Below, piece by piece: positions 9,420 to 18,583 of a stretch of DNA of 64,000 nt. The stretch lies in contig JAJZAT010000002.1 in assembly GCA_021799275.1 (NCBI GenBank), forward strand, positions 1,293 through 65,292, given 5' to 3'. The stretch comes from Bacillota bacterium. GTDB lineage: Bacteria; Bacillota; Sulfobacillia; JAJZYS01; JAJYTV01. Within the stretch, counting starts at the first letter, position 1, and each line of letters begins with the position of its first letter. The translations under genes and the position numbers were made by a program. The notes beneath the pieces were generated by a model, which was not told the origin of the DNA, searched no databases, and was given only the letters and a program-made list of their open reading frames with translations.

Positions 9420-10970
9420 CTAGGTCAAGGGCACGATCTGCCCGGCCTGCACCCAGACGTGTTCGTAGGCCGCGAGGCCGAAGAGGGCCAGGACCGCCGC
9501 GAAGGGCAACATGGCGGCGCCGTGCCAGAGGACCGCGGCCACCGCCAGCGCGAGCGGCAGAAGAAGCCCCGGTACGACCGCCGCACCCCAGAAGGTGCGG
9601 CGCAGGGCGCCGCGGGTGACGGCGTGGGCCGCGAGCTCCACCTCGCGCGACGGATGCGGCAGCACGAATTCGGCTGCGGTGAAGAGCCCGTGCAGCAAGA
9701 GGAGGGTGAGGAGGGCGTACGCGAGTGGCCAGAGGGCATGGGAGGGGGTGATGCTCGTCTCGATCAGACCCAGGGCAGCGGCGGCGATCCCAGCCTGCAC
9801 GAGGAGATGCCAGAAGACGAGCGGGTTCTGCCAGAAGTCCCGGCCCTCCGCCTGCCCGAACAGGAAGGCGCTGTAGGCCGCGGCCGCCGCGCCGAGCAGG
9901 ACGAGAAGGACGGCCAGGGGCCCGCCCGGCACGCCCGAGAGCAGGGATGCCGCAAAGAAGACGGTAGTGACGAGGCCGAACGCGGTCAGGATGTAGCCGC
10001 CCCAGACGAGCCAGGAGGTGAGGTGCGGCCGCAGCAGGAGCCGCCAGAAGCGCTCCGGCCGCTTGAGGTCGGCCACGAGCAGCAGGAGCGTCAGGCCGAG
10101 GAAGACGAGGGCGACGAGCGGATTGAGGACGCCTGTGAGCCAACGCGGCAGGCCGCCGGCCAGGAGGGCCGAGATGCCCGCGAGGATCGCGGCGCCGGCG
10201 GAGACGGACTTCGTCCAGAGGTAGGCCGAGACCATCCAGCCCCATGGCTGGCGCAGGTGCGGCGCGTCGTAGACCTTCACGGCCTGGGCGTGGTCACGGG
10301 CCGGCTCCTCGAGCCCCGCGGCGGGAGCGTCCGGCTGGTCCGCCCACATGTAGGCGCCGACCGACACGGACCCGAGCGGGTCCAGCGTCGCCTCGTCGGC
10401 GCCGATGTAGAAGACGTGCGGCCGGGTACCCTGCTCGGGCTTGCGCACCTGCACGGGCTCGCGGGCGACGAGCTGCGCGATCAGCGTCGAGGGGTCGTCG
10501 AGATCCCCGGTGACGATCGCCTCTTCCGGGCAGACGACCACGCAGGCGGGCAGGAGCCCCTCCTCGACGCGGTGGGCGCAGAAGTTGCACTTCGCCGCCG
10601 TGTGCTCCGCGGGGTCGATGTAGATGGCGTCGTAGGGACACGCCTCCATGCAGGCCTTGCAGCCGATGCACTTCGAGTTGTCGAAGTCGACAATGCCGTT
10701 CTCGCGCTTGAAGAGCGCGCCTGTCGGGCAGATCGCGACGCAGGGCGCGTTGTCGCAGTGGTTGCAGCGGTTCACCTGAAAGAAGCGGCGCGTATTGGGA
10801 AACGCGCCGCGCTCGACGTACTGGACCCACGTCCGGTTCACGCCCAGCGGCACATCGTGCTCCGCCTTGCACGCCACGGTGCACGCGTGGCAGCCGATGC
10901 ACTTGCGCTGGTCGATGAGGAAGCCGAGTCGCACCCGTGGAGCCCTCCCCTGGGGAAACTTGAGCTCCAT
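9420..10970 (-). CDS. Fused 4Fe-4S ferredoxin-type electron-transfer subunit (HybA/PsrB-like) plus NrfD/PsrC-like polytopic membrane anchor
   Basis: N-terminal about 190 aa carry four Cys clusters (CIGCHACTVAC, CNHCDNAPC..CP, CIGCKACMEACP, CNFCAHR..C..VVCP). The C-terminal about 320 aa are highly hydrophobic with roughly 8-10 predicted helices. I chose the ATG at 10970 (MELKFP...); the track ORF starts earlier at a TTG with no SD. No twin-arginine motif. Confidence 0.75.
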   Translation of the reverse strand: MELKFPQGRAPRVRLGFLIDQRKCIGCHACTVACKAEHDVPLGVNRTWVQYVERGAFPNTRRFFQVNRCNHCDNAPCVAICPTGALFKRENGIVDFDNSKCIGCKACMEACPYDAIYIDPAEHTAAKCNFCAHRVEEGLLPACVVVCPEEAIVTGDLDDPSTLIAQLVAREPVQVRKPEQGTRPHVFYIGADEATLDPLGSVSVGAYMWADQPDAPAAGLEEPARDHAQAVKVYDAPHLRQPWGWMVSAYLWTKSVSAGAAILAGISALLAGGLPRWLTGVLNPLVALVFLGLTLLLLVADLKRPERFWRLLLRPHLTSWLVWGGYILTAFGLVTTVFFAASLLSGVPGGPLAVLLVLLGAAAAAYSAFLFGQAEGRDFWQNPLVFWHLLVQAGIAAAALGLIETSITPSHALWPLAYALLTLLLLHGLFTAAEFVLPHPSREVELAAHAVTRGALRRTFWGAAVVPGLLLPLALAVAAVLWHGAAMLPFAAVLALFGLAAYEHVWVQAGQIVPLT

Positions 10971-11124
10971 TCTACGGTTTGCGACGCGGGGCAGCGTTTC
11001 GAGAATCGCAACGGCCGTTCGTGCCGGCATGCACAAGCTCGAGGGGCGGACCGCAAGGGACCCGCCTGAACGAGAAGAGACCGCCGAGGTGGCGGACGCA
11101 CCCGGCGGCTTCTCCCGAAAGGAG

Positions 11125-12051
11125 TCAGACTGCGATGTCCGCCTGGTCTGACCGGTGCCGCAGGAAGTGGTAGGCGGCCTGCGCCGCGGAGGTGGCGAAG
11201 GGCTCCGAGCGGTGCACCAGCAGGAACCAGCGCCGCAGGCTCATCCCGGCTACTGGCCTTGTCGCGAGTGTCTCCTGGGACAGTTCGCGCTCGACGCAGC
11301 GATCCGAGAGGAACGCGATCGCCGTGCCGGCCTCGACCCAGCGCTTGATCGCCTCGGTGCTCCCCACTTCAATGGTCGCGAAGGCCCTGAGTTCCTCCTG
11401 GCCGAACTCCGCCTCCAGCACCGCCCGCGTACCCGAACCGCCCTCGCGCAGCACGAGCGGTACGCCAAGGAGATCCTCGCGCTGCAGCACATCCTTCGCC
11501 GCGAGCGGGTGGCCGGGATGCATGACGAGCACGAGACGGTCCTCCATCCAGCGCCGGCGCAGCAGGCGGCCCACGTCCGGCGTCTCGACGAGGCCGAAGT
11601 CTAGGTGGCCGTGGTCGACGCCGGCCAGGACGTCGTGGCTGTTGTGGATCTCAAGCCGCAGCGACACCTTCGGGTACGCCGCCCTGAAGGATTCGAGCAG
11701 GGCGGGCAGCACGTAGCCCCCCACCGTCTGGGAGGCACCGATCGCGACCGAGCCCTCCACGCGGCCCGCCAGCTGGTCCGCGAGGCTCGAGACCTCCCGC
11801 ACCCGTGCGAGGATCGCCACGTAGTGCGGCAGCAGCGCCTCGCCGGTCGGGGTCAGGGATACCTCCGGCTCGCGGTTCAGGAGCCTGAGGCCGCATTCGT
11901 CCTCGAGCGCCTTCAGCCGGACGCTGATCGCCGAAGGCGAGACATGCAGCAGGCGCGCGGCCTTGCCGAAGCTTCGTTCGCGCGCGACGGTGACAAACGC
12001 CTCACAGGCGTCAAGGTTCACGCGACGTCCCCCTGTCGCAGACCTGGACAC
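11125..12051 (-). CDS. LysR-family transcriptional regulator
   Basis: HTH CEAFVTVARERSFGKAARLLHVSPSAISVRLKALEDECGLRLLNRE, plus a LysR substrate-binding domain. Confidence 0.85.
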   Translation of the reverse strand: MSRSATGGRRVNLDACEAFVTVARERSFGKAARLLHVSPSAISVRLKALEDECGLRLLNREPEVSLTPTGEALLPHYVAILARVREVSSLADQLAGRVEGSVAIGASQTVGGYVLPALLESFRAAYPKVSLRLEIHNSHDVLAGVDHGHLDFGLVETPDVGRLLRRRWMEDRLVLVMHPGHPLAAKDVLQREDLLGVPLVLREGGSGTRAVLEAEFGQEELRAFATIEVGSTEAIKRWVEAGTAIAFLSDRCVERELSQETLATRPVAGMSLRRWFLLVHRSEPFATSAAQAAYHFLRHRSDQADIAV

Positions 12052-12140
12052 TTGATGCCCCCGCCGGGCCGGACACCACGGCGACGGTGATGCTGCAATT
12101 CGCAGACAGGGCGCGCCACTCCTCCCTCAGGGTGGCGGGT

Positions 12141-12692
12141 TTAAATGGGGCCGCGCCGCGGGCGCTGCCGCGTCGCCCATTCCTCACGGGAGATCGCGTA
12201 GACGTGATGCGGGTAGCCCGCTTTGACGAGGCTCGAGACGGGACGCATCCCGTTGCGCTCCGCCACCCGGATGGAGGGCAGGTTCTGCTCGCGGATGAGG
12301 GACACGACGCGCGGGACGGCGAGGTGCGTGAACGCCCAGTCCCGGCACGCCCTGGCCGCCTCCGTGGCGTAGCCATGGCCCCAGAACCGTCGCACGAAGA
12401 GATAGGCGACTTCCACCTCCGTCGCCCCGTGCACGTCCTGCGCGAGCAGGCCGCACTGGCCGAGGAAGCGCCCGTCCTCCCTGCGCTCGACGATCCAGAA
12501 GCCATGGCCGTGCTGCCTGTAGCTCGCCTGTGCCCGCTCGACCCAGGCGATCGCGCCATCGCGGTCGATGGTGCTCGGGTAGTGCCGCATGGCGATCGGG
12601 TCCTGGAAGATCTCGAGCAGAAGCTCGGCGTCCGGGGGCGTCATCGCTCGCAGGCGGAGGCGGTCGGTCTCGAGGATGGGCAGGTGCGGCAC
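12141..12692 (-). CDS. GNAT-family N-acetyltransferase (RimJ/RimL-like)
   Basis: LETDRLRLRAMTPPDAELL...FWGHGYATEAARACRDWAF. Confidence 0.8.
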   Translation of the reverse strand: MPHLPILETDRLRLRAMTPPDAELLLEIFQDPIAMRHYPSTIDRDGAIAWVERAQASYRQHGHGFWIVERREDGRFLGQCGLLAQDVHGATEVEVAYLFVRRFWGHGYATEAARACRDWAFTHLAVPRVVSLIREQNLPSIRVAERNGMRPVSSLVKAGYPHHVYAISREEWATRQRPRRGPI

Positions 12693-12725
12693 CTCCAGGA
12701 GATGTCTTGTCTCGCGTCGCGCGGA

Positions 12726-13817
12726 TCAGCGCTCCAGCCGGTGTCCACCCTGACCGCCCGGCACGAGCCACTCGGCCAGGCGGTCGGCCTCGCCGCGGAG
12801 TTCCTCCATCCGGCTGGGCGTGAGGGTCCGCAGGGGCCTGAGCACCACGGTGCAGTTGCGGGCGGTCTCCTCGACGTCCCATAGGCCCGCGACCTGGCCG
12901 TCCACGAGAAAGGTCGCGAGCACGCGGCCGTCCCGCATGATCACCTTGTCCCGCAGGTCGGGGGCCAGCACGCGGCTGCGGTCCTCGTACGCGAGGAGGA
13001 GGTTGTCCCAGCGCGGCAGGAAGCGCACGGGCAGATCCGTGTCCGGCGTCTCGGGCGGCCGGGCTAGGTCCAGAAAGACCCCACTCCCCGCCTCAAGTTG
13101 CCGCAGGCGGTCGCCGAGCCGCCCCTGTACGGCTTGGGCCCGCGCCAGGCCGAGGCCGGACCAGTGGGCGTAGTCCTTTGCCGTCGCGGGCCCGAAGGCG
13201 GCCAGGTAGCGCAGCAGGAGGTTCTCCTCAGCCGCCCGTGGGTCTGTCTCAGGGGAGATGGCCGCCCAGCCGTACTCTGGAGAGCCATTGCCGCGCCAGG
13301 CGCCCGCCGGCGGCAATTGGACGACCGGGGCGAGCGCCTTGGCGGCGAAGGAAAGGCTCGCGGCCGGCGCCCCGGGGTAGAGGGGCTGCAGGATGCGTTC
13401 GAACTCCCTGAACGCAACGGTCTGGCGCTGGCGCAAGGCCTCGGCCACCTTGCGCCGGACGAGGTCCTCGTCGATTTCTTTGGCGACGCGCGGGAAGAAG
13501 CCGTGGAAGGCCCGCCGCCGGGCCTCGGCGAGCGCTGTGAAGTAGTGCGGGTACTCGTCGGCGGCCACGAGATGCAACGTGCCCCGCATCAGGGTGGCCT
13601 TGTAGGCCTTGCCCTGCGCGAGGGCTTCTTCTAAATCCCGGCGACGAAAGTGCCCAAGGCGGCTCCAGAGCGAAATGTATGGCGACCTGCGATGTTGGGC
13701 GTTGAGGCCCCCGAGGTGACGCATGGCCTCGATGGGGGCCATCTCGGCGCGACCGAGCAGCAGCTGTCGGCCGAGCGTCATGCGGCGCAGTTCGCCGGGG
13801 TCAAGACGCTCGCTCAA
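12726..13817 (-). CDS. Winged-helix DNA-binding protein, YcaQ/AlkZ-like (DUF1006) putative DNA glycosylase
   Basis: Length and motifs (GRQLLLGRA...LGGLNAQ...TLHLV) fit the YcaQ family. Confidence 0.65.
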   Translation of the reverse strand: MSERLDPGELRRMTLGRQLLLGRAEMAPIEAMRHLGGLNAQHRRSPYISLWSRLGHFRRRDLEEALAQGKAYKATLMRGTLHLVAADEYPHYFTALAEARRRAFHGFFPRVAKEIDEDLVRRKVAEALRQRQTVAFREFERILQPLYPGAPAASLSFAAKALAPVVQLPPAGAWRGNGSPEYGWAAISPETDPRAAEENLLLRYLAAFGPATAKDYAHWSGLGLARAQAVQGRLGDRLRQLEAGSGVFLDLARPPETPDTDLPVRFLPRWDNLLLAYEDRSRVLAPDLRDKVIMRDGRVLATFLVDGQVAGLWDVEETARNCTVVLRPLRTLTPSRMEELRGEADRLAEWLVPGGQGGHRLER

Positions 13818-14284
13818 GCGTCGTCGGCGCAGCAGCAGGCGACCGTTGCCCCGCTGGCGCGGCGAAGCTCCTCGCCGGAGGTGGCGAAGAGCGCTTTCGG
13901 CCCGCCGGCGGCGGCGTAGAGCCGCCCGTCTTCGGCGAGGCAGGCGTCGAGCACGGTGCGCAGAGGTCGCAGGTGGCCGAACGGCGGCACGCCGCCGATG
14001 GCATAGCCGGTCTCGTCGTAGACGCGGTCCGGGTCGGCCCTGCGCACCCTACCGGCATCGAGCACGGCCCGCAGGCGCTCCGGATCGACCTTGCGGTCGC
14101 CGCGCTGCAGCACGACGACCGCCTCATCATCCGCGAGAAACACGAGCGACTTGACGATCTGACGCTGCAGGCAGCCGACGGCTCGCGCCGCGTCCTCCGC
14201 GGTGCGGGTCGACGCGGCGAGTTCCTGCACCTCGGGACGGAAACCTCCGCTTGCGGCGCGACGCAGGAAGTCTTGAGGTCCCAC
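13814..14284 (-). CDS. ybaK: YbaK/ProX-type aminoacyl-tRNA deacylase
   Basis: IVKSLVFLADDEAVVVLQRGDRKVDPERL...GYAIGGVPPFGH matches the YbaK/EbsC domain. GTG start at 14284 after a G-rich SD; the track ORF is extended upstream through Arg-rich noise. Confidence 0.7.
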   Translation of the reverse strand: MGPQDFLRRAASGGFRPEVQELAASTRTAEDAARAVGCLQRQIVKSLVFLADDEAVVVLQRGDRKVDPERLRAVLDAGRVRRADPDRVYDETGYAIGGVPPFGHLRPLRTVLDACLAEDGRLYAAAGGPKALFATSGEELRRASGATVACCCADDA

Positions 14285-14333
14285 GCTTGTCCCCCCCGCG
14301 GCACGCTTCGCCGGGCATGCCCCGGCACCCTGC

Positions 14334-15536
14334 CTAGGGCAGTGGCGACGCGAGCCGGTAGCCGGCCTTCTGGAGGCCCTGCGCCAGCGTTGGCAATGCC
14401 TGCAGGTCGCTCTCCCTGACCGGCACGGCCAGCACCTGGCCGCCGCTCGCCTTGGCGAGCGCCTGCGAGGCCGTTTCCTCATTGGCCACGACCACCGTCA
14501 CGTGTTGCGCCGCGAGGCTCGTGAGGGCCGCCGCCGACAGTGATCCTTGCCAGAGCACCGCCTGCGCTCCGGTGCGCTCCACGTCCTTGAGGCTCCGCGT
14601 CGCCAGCAGCACCTTGTCGCTGCCGCCCAGGCTGTAGAGCGACGTCGGCAAGGCGAGCACCATGCCTGCGGGCATGCCCTTGCGCAGGGCCAGGGCGCTC
14701 GACTGGTCCTGGGCGACGACCACCACCGCGAGCTGCGGCGTGCCGGCCCCTCCCCACTGCGCCAGGGTGCGGCCCGGAATCACCTGGCCGCCGCCCGGGT
14801 TCTTCGCGCCGGACTTGCCGCCCTGGCCGGATGGCGGCTGCGACGCGCCGGACCCGCTCGCGACCGGTGTGGTGGCGGGGGCCGGGTTCGTGCCCGCTGC
14901 GGGTACGCCCGCGTAGGGCAGCTCGAGTTTCTGGCCAGCGAGGATCAGGCTGCTCCCGCCGTTCGCGGCGAGCAGATTTGCGGCAGGCAGGCCGTACGTC
15001 TCGGCGATGCCGTCGATCGTCTGGCCCGGTTGGACGCTGTAGCTCCGTTCGAAGAGCGCATCCCAGGTGGCGGGGCCGGCGATGCCGTCGACGCCGATGC
15101 CGCGCGCGGCCTGCAGCTGGCGTACGGCCGCCGCGGTGGCGCTGCCGAAGACGCCGTCCGCCTGCACCTTGATGCCGTCGGCACTCAAAATAGACTGGAG
15201 GTCCTGCACGGCCGGACCCTTGTCCCCCATCTGCACGACCGGCGCCGATGCCGCCACCTTCGCGACGATGTCGGCCAGCACGGCAGCACCGACCTTGCCG
15301 TCGGCGGGCAGGCCGGCCTGGCTCTCGAGGCGGCTGACGGCCGCGGCCGTCTCGGGCCCGTAGACGCCGTCGACGGCGCCGGGAGCGAAGTGCAGGCGCG
15401 AGAGTTCCGTCTGCAGTGCGGACACCGCGGGGCCTTGGGTGCCCGAACCGAGCGGCGTGAACGATGCGGACAGCAGCAGCAGCCAGATCATGGCGATCGG
15501 CGGCATGATCATCACCTCGGCACCAGCCTTGCCCAT
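14334..15536 (-). CDS. Secreted peptidoglycan-binding protein (2x PG_binding_1 repeats, then LysM, then a C-terminal domain of unknown function)
   Basis: Signal peptide MIMPPIAMIWLLLLSASF. Two GPAV..LQ..L......DG.FG..T..AV PG-binding repeats, then the LysM motif YSVQPGQTIDGIAETYGLPAANLLAANGG...L.aGQKL.LP. Confidence 0.7.
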   Translation of the reverse strand: MGKAGAEVMIMPPIAMIWLLLLSASFTPLGSGTQGPAVSALQTELSRLHFAPGAVDGVYGPETAAAVSRLESQAGLPADGKVGAAVLADIVAKVAASAPVVQMGDKGPAVQDLQSILSADGIKVQADGVFGSATAAAVRQLQAARGIGVDGIAGPATWDALFERSYSVQPGQTIDGIAETYGLPAANLLAANGGSSLILAGQKLELPYAGVPAAGTNPAPATTPVASGSGASQPPSGQGGKSGAKNPGGGQVIPGRTLAQWGGAGTPQLAVVVVAQDQSSALALRKGMPAGMVLALPTSLYSLGGSDKVLLATRSLKDVERTGAQAVLWQGSLSAAALTSLAAQHVTVVVANEETASQALAKASGGQVLAVPVRESDLQALPTLAQGLQKAGYRLASPLP

Positions 15537-15566
15537 CGGCCAGGACGGCAGACGCCGAAGGCGACC

Positions 15567-15944
15567 TTAGAGCGCAAGCCCCAGTATGCCGCCGATCGCG
15601 CCGACGACGAGACTCAGCACGATGCGCAAGGCGAGGCCCGATGGCTGCATCGGGAGGTCGTAGACGAGGATGCCGAGCAGGTAGAGCACCAAAAACAGCA
15701 GCAGGCCCGCCGCGGCGCCGTGCCATAGCCCCGCGCGGCCGGCCCGGCGCGCGGCGCTGAAGCCGCTCGCGAGCACGGAAAGCCACGCCACCGCCACGGT
15801 GGCGAGCGGGATGAAGCCGGCGGAATCCTGCACGACATAGAGCACCAGGGATGCGATCAGGAGGAGCACGGCCGCGGTCACGGCACCCATCCCGGCGCCA
15901 CGCAGCACCGACTGCCCGTCGAAGCCGTCCTCGGAAGCCATCAT
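15567..15944 (-). CDS. Small membrane protein (3-4 TM helices; TIGR04086-like)
   Basis: 125 aa, strongly hydrophobic, GC3-rich. Confidence 0.5.
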   Translation of the reverse strand: MMASEDGFDGQSVLRGAGMGAVTAAVLLLIASLVLYVVQDSAGFIPLATVAVAWLSVLASGFSAARRAGRAGLWHGAAAGLLLFLVLYLLGILVYDLPMQPSGLALRIVLSLVVGAIGGILGLAL

Positions 15945-15984
15945 GCACCACCCCCTGCCCAGGGCTATGCGGGGGTGGTCCGAT

Positions 15985-18522
15985 TCATGGCAGGAAGCGA
16001 GGCAGCCTTTCGAGCACTTCTTCGGTCGAGCCGATGACCCGCTCGGCGTCCGGCAGGGCGTCCAGGAGGTAGCGCCCGTACCGTGCGGTCGCGAGCCGGC
16101 GGTCCAGGATGAGCACAGCCCCCTGGTCGGTGCTGGAGCGGATGAGGCGCCCGAAGCCCTGCTTGAGGCGCAGGGCCGCGTCGGGCAGGCTGATCTCGTT
16201 GAAGGACGAGCGGCCCTCGGCTTCCATCGCCTCCTGGCGCGCTTCCCAGACCGGTCTGTCCGGCGGCTGGAACGGCAGCTTCACGAGGACTACGAGCGCA
16301 AGCGCCGAGCCGACGACGTCGACGCCCTCCCAGAAGCTCTGCGCGCCGAACACGACGACGCGCTCGTCCTGGCGCAGGGCATCCAGGAGCCGCGAGCGCG
16401 GTCCGTCCACGCCCTGGGCCAGCAGCTTGAGGCCGAGGGCCTCGAGTGGTTCGCGCAAGGCGGCCTGGAAGGCGCGCAACTGCCGGTGCGCCGTGAACAG
16501 TACCAGGGTGCGGCCACCCGCGCTGGCCAAGGCCTGCAGCAGCACGTCCTGCGCGCGGCTGTCGAAGCTCGGGTCCTTCGGCTCCGGCAGGTCGTTCGGA
16601 ACCAGCAGGGCGCACTGGTCGCGGAAGAAGAACGGCGTCGGCAGCACGGTCTTGTGCACGCGGGGGTCGTCGGCGAGCCCGATCGGATGCAGCAGGAAGC
16701 GGAAGTCGTCACCGACGGCGAGTGTCGCCGAGGTGAGCACGGCCGACTGCAGGCGTCCGAACAGGGTCTCCTGCAGCAGATCGCCGGGATAGAGCGGGGC
16801 CGTGTGGAAGCTCGGCTCGTCGCGGTCCGGGAGGTCGCACCAGACGACGTCCCCGGGGTCTCCGAGCAGGATGCGGTCGCACAGGCCCACATCGCGCTGC
16901 GCGGATTCGGCGAGGGCCCGCAGCTCCGCCTGCTGGTGCTCCCCCGCGCCCTGTGCCACGCCTTCCGTGGCGTGGGCCAGATCCGCGAGCGCCAGGGCGA
17001 GGTTTTCGATTTCCTCGCGGAAGGCCGCTCCCGGCGCGCCTGAGAGGAACTCGGGCTTGAGGCGGACGCTGCGGCGGCTCGGAAACTCTTTGCGCACCGC
17101 CGTCACCGCGCCCTGGGCGTGTTCCTGCACCGACCGCTGGGCGTCGCGGCAGGCGCTGCCGCCGACGGCGGCCGCTCGCTGGCCGCGGCGGCGCAATTCG
17201 CGGAGCGAGAGTTCGCCGCCGAGATGGTCGGTGGCCGCGGCGTCGAGGCCATGCGCCTCGTCGACGATCAGATGCTCGAAGGGCGGCAGCACGCTCTGCC
17301 CGCTCGCGGCGTCCGAGAGCAGAAGGGCGTGATTGACGACGATCAGGTGCGCCAGTTCCGCCCTGCGCCGCGCCGCGAAGAAGTAGCAGTCGCGGTAGGC
17401 TGCGCAGCGCTCGCCGCTGCAGGTCTCGGCGGTAGCCTCGATCCTGGACCAGAGGTCGCTCTCGATCTGCACCTCCGAGCGCTCGCCGCTCTCCGTGCGG
17501 TGCAGCCAGAACGCGACCTTCGCAAGCTGCAGGCGGTCGTCGCCGGGCAGTTGCGCCAGGCTTTGCGCCACCTCGCCCTGCCAGCGCCAGAGGCAGAGAT
17601 AGTTCTGGCGGCCCTTGAGGAGATGCGCGCGCACCGGCCAGCCGGTCGCGGCCAGGAGCGACGGCAGGTCCTTCTGCAGGAGCTGCTCCTGCAGGTTCCT
17701 GGTGCCGGTGGACACCACCACCTTGGCATCCTGCCGCAGGGCGAAGGCCATCGCGGGCAGCAGGTAGGCGAGGCTCTTGCCGGTGCCCGTGGGCGCCTCG
17801 GCCACGAGGAAGCCGCCTTCCTCGAGCGTCTCGTCGACAAGCTCCAGGAGTTCGCGCTGGCTCTCGCGGCGCTCGAGGCCGAGCGCCTCGATCAAGGGAC
17901 TTCCTTCGGCCAGCGACGCGGGGGCGTCGACCGGAATGCGCTGAGCCGGCGGCAGCGGGAACTCCCAGTTCGGGCGCCTCGGCTGCCAGACCTCGTCGGT
18001 CGGATGGAGGAGCGCGGCGGCGCGCAAGGTTGCGGCGAGAGGCTCTTCGAGGCCATCCAGGAGCCGGGCGACGAAGGCGAGCAGCGCCGGGTCCTCGCGA
18101 CGCAGCTCCTCGCGCAGGATGCCGACGAGCTCCGCCGTGACGCGGGCGTCCTCCCCCGCGCGGTGATGGCGGAACTCGAGCTCGTAGCGCGCGGCGGCAG
18201 CGGCCAGCCCGTGGCTCTGCACGTCGGGGTGCGAGATGCGAAAAAGCTCGAGGCTGTCCAGGACGGGGTGCGCCCTGTCCCAGCCGCTGGCGACGAGGAA
18301 GCCGATGTCGAAGGGAGCGTTGTGGGCGACGACGAGATCCTCGCCGACGAAGGCGCGCAGACCCCCGAGGGCCTCCTGCACCCTTGGCTGTCCGCGCACC
18401 ATCTGCTCGTCGATCCCCGTCAGCTGGCGGATGAAGGGCGGGATCGGGCGTCCCGGATCGACCAGCGTCGACCACTCGTCGGTCACCTTGCCGCCCGCGT
18501 AGCGTGCGGCGCCGATCTCCAT
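15985..18522 (-). CDS. dinG: DinG-family ATP-dependent helicase with N-terminal DnaQ-like 3'-5' exonuclease domain (Gram-positive DinG type); true start probably upstream, about 18615
   Basis: Exo motifs AHNAPFDIGFL and HHRAGEDARVTAE. Helicase Walker A AEAPTGTGKS and LIVDEAHGL, and an Fe-S/RAD3-like core. The exo motif I, VAVDLETTG, is encoded in frame immediately upstream of the first ATG; see the finding. Confidence 0.85.
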   Translation of the reverse strand: MEIGAARYAGGKVTDEWSTLVDPGRPIPPFIRQLTGIDEQMVRGQPRVQEALGGLRAFVGEDLVVAHNAPFDIGFLVASGWDRAHPVLDSLELFRISHPDVQSHGLAAAAARYELEFRHHRAGEDARVTAELVGILREELRREDPALLAFVARLLDGLEEPLAATLRAAALLHPTDEVWQPRRPNWEFPLPPAQRIPVDAPASLAEGSPLIEALGLERRESQRELLELVDETLEEGGFLVAEAPTGTGKSLAYLLPAMAFALRQDAKVVVSTGTRNLQEQLLQKDLPSLLAATGWPVRAHLLKGRQNYLCLWRWQGEVAQSLAQLPGDDRLQLAKVAFWLHRTESGERSEVQIESDLWSRIEATAETCSGERCAAYRDCYFFAARRRAELAHLIVVNHALLLSDAASGQSVLPPFEHLIVDEAHGLDAAATDHLGGELSLRELRRRGQRAAAVGGSACRDAQRSVQEHAQGAVTAVRKEFPSRRSVRLKPEFLSGAPGAAFREEIENLALALADLAHATEGVAQGAGEHQQAELRALAESAQRDVGLCDRILLGDPGDVVWCDLPDRDEPSFHTAPLYPGDLLQETLFGRLQSAVLTSATLAVGDDFRFLLHPIGLADDPRVHKTVLPTPFFFRDQCALLVPNDLPEPKDPSFDSRAQDVLLQALASAGGRTLVLFTAHRQLRAFQAALREPLEALGLKLLAQGVDGPRSRLLDALRQDERVVVFGAQSFWEGVDVVGSALALVVLVKLPFQPPDRPVWEARQEAMEAEGRSSFNEISLPDAALRLKQGFGRLIRSSTDQGAVLILDRRLATARYGRYLLDALPDAERVIGSTEEVLERLPRFLP

Positions 18523-18583
18523 GATCGCGTCCTGGCTCGCGCTGGAGCCGGTCGTCTCGAGATCTACGGCGACAAACGGGCAG

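Noticed and set aside
16709-18475. 588-aa minus-strand ORF and several plus-strand ORFs over dinG
   Set aside because: Off-frame or antisense to dinG. Extreme Arg/Gly/Pro bias.
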